Both the position numbers and the translations under genes were made by a program. The notes beneath the pieces are model-generated. The model saw nothing but the letters and a program-made list of their open reading frames with translations. It did no database searches and had not been told where the DNA came from. A stretch of DNA of 45,436 bases from Folioceros fuciformis (Eukaryota): contig JBNGIO010006320.1 in NCBI GenBank assembly GCA_049999805.1, positions 418,354 to 463,789 of the forward strand, in the 5' to 3' direction. Shown here in pieces: positions 11,006 through 22,827 of the stretch. Positions within the stretch are counted from its first letter, which is position 1; every line of letters begins with the position of its first letter.

Positions 11006-14000
11006 TCAGTTCATAAACTGTCTACAGTTCGCAGCGCCACAAAGACACTCCACTTTCTTCTCCTCCGGATCAAACCGGTAGTCATACCTGCGCGACACAA
11101 GCGTATTCCAAACACGGGCAATCAGGATCGCAGCTCAGGGACGAAACACGCCACGCCTCAACGATGTCAATCATCAGCCGGCTAGGCTAGCACACTCACG
11201 TCAGCTCTTCACCCGCCTTCACGTCCTTGCGTGCCATCAGCACGACCCGGCTGCGAATCTCCCCATTTTCATCAACTTCCTCGAATATTTTGGAATAGCA
11301 ACTTGGGTCGCACTGTAGACAGCAACAACTTGTCAGCACCAGCTAGGGCAACGCATTCAAGGACAAGTGGCCGCGTGCGTGTATCATAAAAAGAAAACAT
11401 GCATGAACAAAGCGTCACATACGGAGTGGTTAATCAGTCTGCCAAGATTGCCCTTGTCTGTTGCGTCAATCACTTCGTCTTCATTTACTTTGAACAGCTG
11501 CAAGACGTGGAGCAACCACAGAGAACAATTAGCACAGTCTATCCGTAACTTGAACGCGAACTCGAGCACAGATAACACACGCGTTGCAACAGGCTGGAGT
11601 CGGGTTGATAGCCAAAAGAAACACACGTAGCAATCCTTCCCCTCTGTGCGGTAATGCTCCTCCCGCAAATCAGCAACGCTGCCACGGACTCTCTCCCCCC
11701 GGTATTCCAGGACCTGAAACACAAGAAATGAGTGATGAAAATGACCGCATGTCGGACGAAGTACACACTCAAAATCTCAGTTCTAACAAGTAACATACCA
11801 TTTCACCCTCTTTGATCGCCCGCCGAGCAAAGAGCCCCCAACCGTGGATTGCAGATTTTCCAAAACAGACTCGGTTTTTCTCCATTTCCTACATTCCAAA
11901 AACACATTTTGAACAAAAACTTCTGGCACAACTCCCTGGAGAAGATCGAAAGTCCTGCTTGAGCACCACAGGATGCCATAGTAAAGAAGACAAACCGGAA
12001 GAGACGCGAGCCTCTCTTTAATTGTTAAGCCTGGCTCCACGTACTCCTGCCAAGAAAATCAGTGAGTTTTGTTTGGCCGAAAATTGAACATAGAACAGCA
12101 CGTGTCACTACAGGAAATTTGACCAGGACAAAGCAAGCACTCACCCTCAGCGCATTAATGTCTTCTGCAGAGTGCCAGCTGATGCCAGTAACTCGATAAG
12201 CTATCGCTTCCCCCCTCCTCCGCTGTCAGTCATTAAAAAATTGAAACAACTCCAATCAGTAACCTACCGGAACAGGTTCTGATATCTAGAATGGGAGACT
12301 GCGCCTTTTTTACATCACACCTAACAAGTAGCTGAAGTATCTGCCTCAAATACCTGAGACTTTTTGTGTTTATCCTGGGCATCATACGGCCGACACCTTG
12401 CGGCAGAAGACGTCTCGCCATTTGATTTTTCGAACTTGGCATCCAGCTTACGAGTCAAGTTATTTCCCGAAAGGATGCCGACAACACTTGCTGCCCCTCT
12501 GGAATATGTAATATCTCTCTTTTCTGCAACCTTCCCTTCTGGTGAGGTCAGCTGCAGCCTACCCTCTGGGTTGGGAGTCCTGCAGACACCAGTTACAACA
12601 ACAAATATAACATCCCATCGTGTGATTATCAGCCGTTCATCCAAGGGAAAAGAGAGCTGAACAGCTTAATATTACCTGTGACCAGAACAATATGATATCA
12701 TTCGGGTGACACCAACCCCATTCCTATCGTTATAGCTGTTAATCTGTGAGCAAGCCGTGCTTGGCGTTAGCCAATGCTGGAAAGGGAGCTTCAAGTTGGA
12801 AAGGCAGCCAACATGACATTGAAAGGATAAGAAACTGTACCTCCATGTAATAGCCAGCATTGAATGCACACATTGTGTGATACACCTTTCGGCACTTGCT
12901 ACCACAGCACTGGATAACAGCCCCATGCACTTGACGGCATATTACACAAGCCTTCACCACAGAAAATTAGCATCAGACAACCGAAAAAAGAAGCCTAACC
13001 GCAAGCCACCTTGAACTACTCAACTTGCCATGGGAATGACCAATGAAATACTGAAAACAGGGCAAAAAGGGTCCACCTGTCGAAACAATGCCAAATCAAT
13101 GTTGGTGATTCCCTCGGCTGGTTCCATCTTTGCGGCACTCTTGAATGTTACCTCTCGAATGAACCAAGCACATGTAACGTGCACCCAGTACCCACTAACA
13201 CTGGTGGGCTTCATTGCCCCTCCTGTAGATAAAACAGCCCTCTTTGTGTCAATGGGTATGGAAACTGAGGTTGGTTGCTCAATCAAAAAGCTTAGTGAGG
13301 GCAGACGAAAGTATTCGCTTGTGTAATCAAAACTACATCAGTATGTTTTACAGGTTTCCAGACTTGTGCAACAAATCATAGATGCGGAATTTTATCTGTT
13401 AAAGCATAGGTCTTCCGGATGATACAACACAGCGAAACGAGTTCAGAGCCAAACTGCAATGATGAAAATATCATAGAGCAACGTACCTTTCACTGGACAT
13501 AAGCAACATTCTCGCTCAATCTCAGGAGTCTCACAAGCTCGGCAGACCCAAGGGCCAGATTTATCGGAGTATTGTACACCATAGCACTCTTGGTGTACCG
13601 CAATCTGGCATCTACAGTTTTTAAACAACCTAGACATCAGACACAGCTTTGGGCACCAAAGACGGGCACAGTTGTAACATAGTGCTCAACCCATTCACAG
13701 ATTAGGGAGGAGTAACAAAGTTGCATCACCACACCTGTTACATACTACCATTTTGTTGTAGTCGTAATCCTCTACCCAACGACATACACCGCACCTTTCA
13801 GTGGTGAATGTTGCTCTGACGGGCTCATATGGCACTGCAAGGAGGAGATGTAGTATCAGCATCAGCAGGACAGGCAGAAGGAACACTGAAGAAGCCTGCG
13901 CCAAACGGCCTTCCACAATTTTGGGGTCCTGCACCAAACTTATGACAATTTCACAACTGAATTACTAACATTCTAGACTCGCAGCCAGCTGTTGAGCACG

Positions 14001-17000
14001 CATTTTGGGAGGGACCCGAATCTCTGGTCCAGCATATGCAAGTCCAATCGCCCCTCCTTGCATTAACCTTTGGATCTGTAAGGGAAAAGGTAATGTAAGG
14101 CCTTGCACTCGTTAACAGAAAAGGATCAGCTAGTTATCCTCTAAGTATCACCCCACAATATTGAGTCTCTTGAACACAGAGGAATTTGAGGACAAACCCA
14201 TGACAGAAGAGTCTGATCGAGATATCTCATCCTGATGCTCTCTTTCCACTTCTTTTTCCTGCAACCGGTGTGCCTTTCCCACTCAGAAGGCTTCATTAAT
14301 TTACCACTGGTTCCACACTGCTTGCACTTGCAAGATATCCTGCAGACAGAAACCATAATTCAAGATGTGAAGGCAGCACACGTGGGTAGGAGTGAAGAAG
14401 CTTTAACGAGCAGAGCCTCAATGATGAAATTCAATACGAATCTTACTGGTGTATCTTCGGTAGATAATCAGCTACCATTTCAGAGCACACCACAGCCACG
14501 GTATCAGGGACGTCATATGGACTCGCTTCCATGCCAGCTCTGAAGATGAAAAGAAGAGAAGAATAAGTTGCAGAAGTCTACTAAGGCTGCCAAGCAGAAG
14601 GATAAGGTCACATATCTGTTTAACAGCGTACCTTCCAGCCAGGGTTTTCTTTCTTGGTGTCTGCGTCTTTCTGCACTCAGGGCATTTGTATGATACCTTC
14701 TCCAGTTCCTGCTTACCATAAAACACATGAAAATACAGTACATTCACTTGAACTTCTCCATTGCAACTGCATGTCAGGATCTTCACCTTCAGACTCTTGT
14801 TGCTGATCTTATCACAGTCAGCATGGACCCATATATTGCATGCATCGCACTGCACCTGTAGCCAGGATGAAGTTGTGGATGCCGGCAGTCAGTACTCAAG
14901 TAGGCAATCTAACACACATGAAACGATCAGATTTTCTGAAAGGAGAAACTCACCCAATTTCCTTTTTCATTGGGTTGCCAAACCTTTTTGCAAACCCCGC
15001 AATACTGTCTTGACCTATACAGCTGGAAATACATGCAGTACGTGAGAAACTCAGTCTTTCTGATCCTTCTAACAGAGAAAAGTGGCGTTTGTAGCCGACC
15101 TTCACACAATGCTTGCAAAGAGGGTTATCTTCGACACCCGCATTTTTTGATTTTGGAGCTGCCTTCACAGAAAGCTTAGCATCACATCCAAAACACACGC
15201 TTTTGGACGTGTGGCTTGTTGACGCAGGCTGCACACAAATTGTCGACAAAGGAGATGGCATTTGTGAGGGATAGGTCAGATAGTACTATTTGACAGAAGA
15301 CCATCAGAACATGAGACTACTTAAAGCCATTTTACCCAGATGGTTTGCAGGACGAACCTTCTTCCCTGTAGGCTTCTTTGCACTCTTCTCAGTGTCGCTT
15401 ACAGTATCGTCTGCATCTTGACCCTCAATCGTATCCCCTTGAGCATCCACTGGCGAAACTGAAGGATGGCACTTGCCTGGAACTCCTTGGTACGAATCAA
15501 ATCCTGCATCGGCTAAGGTAGCTTCACTGATCGCTCCAACAAAGTCCAATGGCCGGTACCTGTTAAAATTTGTCTGTCCCTGGAACCTGCAAGCACAAGA
15601 CCAATATGAAGCCAGTGGAAATGCAAGGGCTTGCATCAAATAAGTAAGGATTTGGCAGGAACCATTTAACTTCAGATGGAAATTCACAAGAGAAAAGACT
15701 GCCTACGCCCTTGTTTCACATACCTGTCCAAATAGTCCATAAATGGATAGATCATACCCTCCCTAACCCATGCGTAATCCTGCAGAATTAAGTCAAAAAC
15801 GTCAGCACAAAACCAAAGAGCCGACCTCCTCCAGACTGCCCACTTCTGTGTGCTTGCCCTAATCCCCTCCACACTTGTACTGAAAAAGACTTGCAACAGA
15901 TGTGACATACCCGCTCTTTCTTTTTTGCCAATGACTTCCCAAAGAACATGACGCAAAGACGGCCAGGGACACAGAGGCGCCGGACACTATCTGGGACTTC
16001 CTTGATGGGGTCCACGACCTTTGCAGGCCACACAGGATCGTTCTTCTTCCCTGATCTGGCCCAAACCACATCACCCACATCGAACTCTGCCAAATCATGT
16101 TTCGATGAACCAGCCACTGCTGCGCCACTGCTTCTCACTGCAGAATCCCAGGTGACTTCAACATCAGAAAGTGGGGACGATTTGTGTTTCAGCCAGGGTG
16201 CTGCACGTGCAGCACCTTCTGAATCCTTCAATGCCTTTGGTGACCATTCCTGAGAATTTCCTTGACCACTATCTCCTTTCCCCAGAGGAGTCCCATACTC
16301 CTCCTTCACAGGATATGATCCAAGGTTACCTTTATCCTCTGAGCCCTCTCTCATTCTTTTCGGCGGATTATCATACATTCCGGATCCTGAGTCTGGATCC
16401 TCAGAGTGGTCTCGCTTGAACCCCTTCACAACAGGAGCTCCTTTCTTTAAAGGCTCCATTACAGAGTCCCGGAGACGGGATGGAAGCTGTTGTGCCCTGC
16501 CTCGTTTGGATCGTATCAACGGTGCTGTATCAACCTCCTTTGGCGTCCTGCCATCATCTATAGACCTCTCTGCATCTCGGTCTACATCCCTGGTGCCGGA
16601 GAGGACACTGCTGTCAGTATTGAACATATAGCATTCCCCTATACCAACATCATTAGTAGAGCCATTGCTCTCTGCACCAAAACTTGACTGCCTCTTGAAA
16701 ATGTTCTTTGCTCTCCGTAACACTTTTTTGCGTACGACATGTACACCCTCATGTAAAGGGTGGTCCTGCTTTTGAGTGCTGGCGTGGACAACATTCTCAG
16801 GTTCTGCAGTGTTGTTCTCCTGCATCGAGCCTGAGGCAACCTGGACGGCATCCACAAGCATGTCCAACGCGAGCGGATAGCCTGCCTTGGGAGCAGCATC
16901 CGCAGGAAAGCCACTGTCAGGTTGGACTTCTCCACTTTCCCCCACCTTCCGCCTCTTACTTGGTGCAGAAGCACTATCATCTGATCCTTCCGGCCGAGCG

Positions 17001-20000
17001 TGAGCCCTCCCAGGCTTCATTGTCAATGCATTCTCCGCATCTTGAGAATTGGACTTCAAGTTAACAGGTGAGCTATCCAGACAGGGTAGTGAACTTTGTT
17101 CAGGAAACACATTTGTCCCCTGGTCACCAGAAACAGCTGTTTTAAAAAACAACAAGCAACAGTCAGCACACAGTGCCAGGCAGGTTAAAGTGCAAGCCGG
17201 CAAGCATTTCAGTTTACACACAAACTCCCATTCCCTGACCTCCCCTCTCTAAAAGAAACGACAGCGACAGTGTTGTGCGAACCCGAAACGGGGGGACTCG
17301 AGACAGGACCTGGTCCTCCAAGCGGAAAAGAGAGACAGAACTAGTTTCACACCTGAGGAGGGCTGAACCAAGTTTGCACAGGTTATGTCTGACAAAGAGG
17401 CAATTGTCGCATCATGTGCCACTTGCTTGGAAGGCTCAAAATCACCACCATGAGGACATTTCAACTCCATTCCATCAACAATATCACATTTTTCTGGAGT
17501 AGGTGGTGCAGGCTCCCCTTCCTGAAGAGCATCACGTGTCTCACCCCTTTCTGGATACACCCTAACTTGGATGATCTGATTTTCCGAGTTTACCCTGTAG
17601 CCTCTCCCCTGGTCCTTGCCCATAAGCAACCTTGATTCCCTCGCCCTACCATCAGAGTGACCTCTCAACGGAATGAGATCGGAGCAGTTTGAGGGGATTG
17701 GGAACCTGGGAGCGACCTCAGATTGAGCAGGTTGGAATCTATGGAGAGTATTATGTTCCTGTCCTTGATGCAGAAGAGGTAATGACTGGTTTTGCAAACT
17801 GTCAGCGTAGAGCCTTCCTCCAGTGGCTAACAGTGATCCTGTGTCCATGACATGGTTATCTGCATGACATCAATTTGGAAGACACCTTGAGGAAGGAATC
17901 CCATGTTTTCACGACGAACAGGGTTATTTAGTTTTTCAACGTACACCCCTCACATTTCCCAGACCCCTTCCATATCTTTCAAAATGACTAGATATGCACT
18001 CCGTCCCTGTCTGAGTTGTAACTTTCGATTCCAAACCCACAGACGGCTCATTAATTACCTCCCGAGACGGAAATGCAACGACTCTAGGTACTGGTTCAGA
18101 AATTTACCTGGCGCTACAGAAGACTGATGAAGATGCAATAACTCCATCGTTCCTCCACCTGCACCACCTCCACCGTGATGACCAAAGCTATCTGGATTCG
18201 ACCTGGAGTCCACCACATCATTGCTGGGCCTTGTATTCCAGCCATTCCTATCCGCTCCCATCCAGTGCTGCTGCTTCTGCGCCATGTTACCGTCGCCTCT
18301 GCTGATCAGCGCCCTTCCTGAGCCTTTCACAAGCTGGTCTGCACTGAGCTGAGGGGGCCCGTTATGCCCCGGGCCCAGGCAGCTCCTTCCAAAGTCACCG
18401 TTCCCCGCCTGCTGAGCGGCGACGTCCAAGAATTGCTCACCCCCAAGACCCGAATCCCTTGCCCAAGTTAAAGCATCTGCGGCCTGCTTGTAATCGAGAC
18501 CCGGTACCCCGTTTCCCTCGAACTTGGAGAATTGATGTTGCTGCTGCTGTTGCGGCTGCTCCTGAGCCTGCATAACGTGGTTGTTCCTGAGTCGCGAAGC
18601 CTGGAAAGAGGTCACGCTCTGAATCCGCTCCCAATTGTCATGCACTCCATTTACCCCATTGTACGCGATGTGGCGGTTATAGGCGGGTCTGTTGGTCGGG
18701 GGGAATCTCTGCTGCTCGTAGTTGGCGAACACGGGAGCATTGAAATTGTTCTGAAAGCTGGGCATCCCCACGAACCTATTCACCTGCGACGTGTAGCTCT
18801 CATTCGGCGCAGCAGAATGCAAAAATTGCGGGGCAGGAGCCGGAGTAACATACCTCCTGCCCATCTGCGCTCGGTCCGCCTGCATCTCCATGGCAGGATT
18901 CCTCTCCTGGCCGAACTCCTGAGCAGGAAAGGAGGCCCGGGACTGCTGCATGGACGATACGCGCCCGGTAGAGAACTGCTGAGTGCGCTCGATCTGGGTT
19001 CTGATATTGTTGACAAACTGACGATGCCCCGCAGCAGTCTGAGTCTCCCACTGAGAGGGAGATATAGACATCGCTGCCGCCCACATGGGAGGCTTATTGT
19101 CCCTCTGATATGCGCCAGACTCGGGCATCCTGGAGAAAAATGTGTTGCTGCTGGTATTGTCGTGCATTCCCTCCGGCACAGGTTGCGTACTAGAGCTCAA
19201 GGACAGCCTCAGCCCTTGCAGAGGCCTCTCCGCGTTGTTGGGCATAGCAAACGCTGTCTGCTGCTGCAGGCCTCTGGACTGCCCAGAAATCGCGACTCCC
19301 AGCCCCTGCCCATGCCCCTGCACCTGCACCCCCTGTCCTGCTCCATCCCCGTTGGAGCCCATGTACCCATTCTTCTGCTGCTGGTGCAAGGAATTTTCAA
19401 AAGTGATGCCATTGTCCAACGCCGCCAGGACGCCCTGGTCTCTGGCCATCGCCAACCTTGAAGCATCCTCGGACACAGGTCCTTGATCCGAAAGATCAGC
19501 GTACGGATACCCGGCGAATCCGCCATTATTCGTCTTCATCTCAGCCGGGGGCTTCCAGGGAGTCGGAGGCGAGCGCCTAATTTCTGCGGTGACGATTTTG
19601 TTCCCGACACCATTGCCATTGCCCGTAGGAACGACCTGCTGCTGGTGCTGCTGCACCTGCTGTTGCACCTGCTGCTGTACCTGCTGATAGTCCATCGCAT
19701 CTGCCTTGTGCTGGCCCCAGAAGTCATCCGCAGGGCCACATTGCAGCGGAGCCTCCTGGCAGTAAATGGAGGCCTGCTCCGGGACGGAGGATTGCAGGAT
19801 GGGCATCGAGTTGAGGGGAGATTCGCGAGAGCCAACAGGCTCGGAATCTGTAGGGCGGTCGGTCACCTGCACAGGGGAGAGAGTAGAGGAGGCAACAATT
19901 CCCTCAGGCGAAGGCAGAGTAGGAGGAACAGGGTTGGGGAGCGGAGGAGAAGGCTCACCCAACCTCTGCAGGGCTTGCGGAGGCTTCCATGGCTGGATAG

Positions 20001-20088
20001 GCTGGGTAGAGGAAGCCAGAGGGTGCGCGGGCATGGCCAGCCCGCCGGCGTCACAGCCCGGACCCGGAAGATGGGGTGTTGTTACCAT
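11006..20088 (-). CDS. ATX3: ATX3/4/5-type histone H3K4 methyltransferase (PWWP, PHD fingers, SAND-like, SET, post-SET), 25 exons, ~2011 aa
   Basis: Exons: 20088-18108, 17859-17353, 17136-15911, 15779-15724, 15586-15358, 15228-15100, 15022-14954, 14855-14787, 14708-14632, 14539-14447, 14339-14198, 14075-13970, 13834-13735, 13611-13487, 13222-13077, 12951-12841, 12743-12676, 12579-12354, 12222-12145, 12046-11996, 11888-11799, 11713-11627, 11497-11423, 11312-11200, 11087-11006 (6036 nt, in frame). Motifs: GDVVWARSGKKNDPVWPAKV (PWWP), YCGVCKKVW..WVQCDACNIWVHADC (PHD), ERCGVCRWVEDYDYNK, FGKSAIHGWGLFA, GRLINHSC, GEELTYDY, CLCGAANCR. The exact paralog within ATX3/4/5 cannot be resolved. Confidence 0.92.
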
Positions 20089-21310
20089 AAGCAGATTTTC
20101 TGTTCTGCACTATTTCCCCCTCTCCCACACGCCGTCACTTCACCACAGCAGCTGCCGGTCCCTTCACAAAAATTCGCTCCCCGAAAACCACAGCACCAGT
20201 CGCGGCCACCAGCTGCAACAACATCACACACCACCCGATGGTTACGGGACCCTAACCAAAAAAAAATTTGCTCCGCTTGCTCGCTGGCTGGTCAGTTCAA
20301 CACCCCGGGCAGCACCACCAGTCCCCAGTCTCAGCACTAGCTGCTGCACGGGACTCGCACGGCCCAGGGGCAAGATCTCCCCATCCCGCCCGCCCACACT
20401 AGAGCACCAAAAGACTCAGGACCCAGCCTGGGCAGGCGTGCCCCATTCCCCAGGGCCGGCCGACCCACATAGGCGCATACATACATGGCAGGCCGTAGAA
20501 CGCACGCCTAAACCCGCACACTAAAGACTAGTCCTCCGACAGGGGGCAGGATCCCGCGCCAGCGGCAGCGGCAGCGGCAGCAATTCAGAGCCCAGTCCAC
20601 GCCACGCCACACCGCGCACCACACCGCACCACACCACACAAGACACGACAACACAGACCGCAGCAAGAGCGCAAAGAAGGCGAGCGCAGCAGCACATCCA
20701 AAATTCACCCACCCGCCAATCTCAAACAATGGGGCGCGCGCACGGGTACAATTCACACCCCTCATCACACCCTCATCACAGGGATGAGCCAATATGGAGC
20801 GAATTGACGAGAAAGGGGAAGAGCAAAGCAAAAAAAGGCACCATGGTAAGGCGCATCCCGCAAGCCGCGCCCTAGCACAGCTCCAACTGCAAAAGCGCGC
20901 TTTCCTCCTCCCTCCCACTGCCTCCCCGGCCGCGCTGCGGTGACCCCGTCCCTCCCCAGCCCGGTGGCAGCCCTGGCGCATCCGCTTCAAGACTGCATCC
21001 GAAACACATCCACCAGCACGCAAACCCTACGGCAGCAGCGCGGGCGGGGCTGAGCGCCCCAGGCCGGCCATCACATCACTCGCCACCCCGGAAGCTCATC
21101 GGGAAAGGGCGGCCCAAATGCAAGAGCCTGACAGTGGCGGGCGCGGAGCTCGGCACAGACGCGGCTCAATCGGGATCGCACACAGCAGCAGCAGCAGCCG
21201 CAGCAGGGGCAGACGCGGCGGTGCCAGGATCCGGATGCCTGCGCTCCCAGCTCTCTCTCCGCAGCCACGACAAGCGAAGGCGAGCAAAGGCAGGGAGGGC
21301 AGCCTAGCCC

Positions 21311-21347
21311 CGTCTCGTCTCGTCTCGTCCCGTCTCCCGTCCCGTCC
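21311..21347. repeat. (CGTCT)n/(CGTCC)n pentanucleotide tract in the probable 5' leader of the ATX gene
   Basis: cgtctcgtctcgtctcgtcccgtctcccgtcccgtcc seen directly. Confidence 0.75.
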
Positions 21348-21579
21348 CGGTTACAAAGCGCACCAGATACACAGCAAATATGTACATACAAAAAAAAGCT
21401 CCAGGCCCTCACAACACACAAGTCACCCTCCTCCAACTCCAGCGGGAACAGGGAACTGGTAACAACCAGGTCCGGAGCGGGAAACGAACCTGCTCGGTTC
21501 GGTTCTACTAGCTTCGGCTCCCTGCGGTTCGGGTCCAGTCGGGTTACGTCCGAGAGTCTCCTCCTTCCGTAAATGAAAC

Positions 21580-21606
21580 ACAGGCCAGGCCAGGCCAGGC
21601 CAGGCC
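21580..21606. repeat. (CAGGC)5 microsatellite in the probable ATX promoter region
   Basis: caggccaggccaggccaggccaggcc seen directly. Confidence 0.8.
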
Positions 21607-21745
21607 GGGTAAAACACTCTCAAGAGTTCTGTACATAGAGGACCTTGACTTGCAATATCCTTTGCCGCATATATAGGATAATCCCAGATAAAGACTTTCG
21701 GTTTAGGAAGCCGTCTATGTACATCACCCAATCCGATCAGCTACA

Positions 21746-21786
21746 ATTATTATTAGTATTAGTATTATTAGTATTATTATTATTAT
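21746..21786. repeat. (TAT)n/(TATTAG)n microsatellite near the GC-rich to AT-rich boundary
   Basis: attattattagtattagtattattagtattattattattat. Confidence 0.8.
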
Positions 21787-22265
21787 CAACCAGATGTTTT
21801 ATTTAGCCCTCTTAATCCATCCTAGGTTATGGGGATTTTTTAAGCTTCTTATAACGCTTCTCAAGTACAAGAACCAAACAAAACACCCACCCAAGAGCAA
21901 AGTACTATAATGTAAGTGAATTAATTTATGGTTTAAATTTCTCAAGACTTCAAGCAATAAATCAGTTCGTTGAATCCTAGAAGCACTTGAAACTGTGCTC
22001 AATCTTGCCCACCATTCTCCAATGCATACAAATTTCAAGCATTGTTGTGCAATCAAGCATGAAGCTATTTGTCAGACTAGATCACAAACTACTAGAAGTT
22101 GGGTCGCTTTGATGCACCTCAAGGCGCCACATCTACTCGGCTCATGGCTAAACCATACTCACACACGATTGATTTGGAACAACGCTCCTAGTTGATAGGC
22201 ACAAGTGTTGCAACACCTTGATATTCAAATTAAGAAGGTGATTTGTATCGAAGATAGGAAACTCG

Positions 22266-22537
22266 CTCAAGGGAGTCTAGCGCACACGGCTCTCATCAAC
22301 AACAATTGTTGTTAATACTTCAAGCGTCTATTGCAAGGAAATGGAAAGGAAGATAGGTAAACAAACATGGTTGCCAACAATGTAAAGAGTGTGTTGAAGT
22401 TAGAAAACTTCCTCGAGGGAGTCTAGCGCAAGCAACTCTTGTCAACAGCCATTGTTGTTGATAGTTCAAGCGTCTATTGTAGGGATATGGAAAGAAAGTT
22501 ATAGGTGAACAAACATGGTTGCCAACAATGTGAAGAG
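22266..22537. repeat. Direct duplication, ~125-bp unit, 146-bp period
   Basis: GGGAGTCTAGCGCA at 22271 and 22417. Shared ATTGTTGTT.ATA.TTCAAGCGTCTATTG and AACAAACATGGTTGCCAACAATGT blocks. Confidence 0.9.
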
Positions 22538-22827
22538 CAATTATACATGATTAGTGGCTCTAGGGAGAAAGATACCCTTGAAATCCTTGCTCCACTTCCT
22601 CATTACTGTTGGGTCCCCACAATAGGTGTAGTCTTAAATACAAAGATACCATTCTCTACCTTACATTGAATCTACCATCAACTACAAAGTCATGACTAAA
22701 AGACAAGGTAACAAGATGATTTCCTCAAGACTCTCTACCTTATGTAGCTTCAAATAGAAAGACACCTTTGACTCACTAGACCTACCTATCCTATTGTACT
22801 ACTTTCTACAACCTACTCCTCATGGAA

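Noticed and set aside
18532-20524. Long plus-strand ORFs (309, 285 and 252 aa)
   Set aside because: Antisense shadows of GC-rich ATX exon 1. The same applies to the ORFs opposite the MAPK, P450 and rps21 genes.
22560-22800. Possible LINE RT scrap (TINYKVMTKRQGNKM)
   Set aside because: Too short and degenerate to support without a search.
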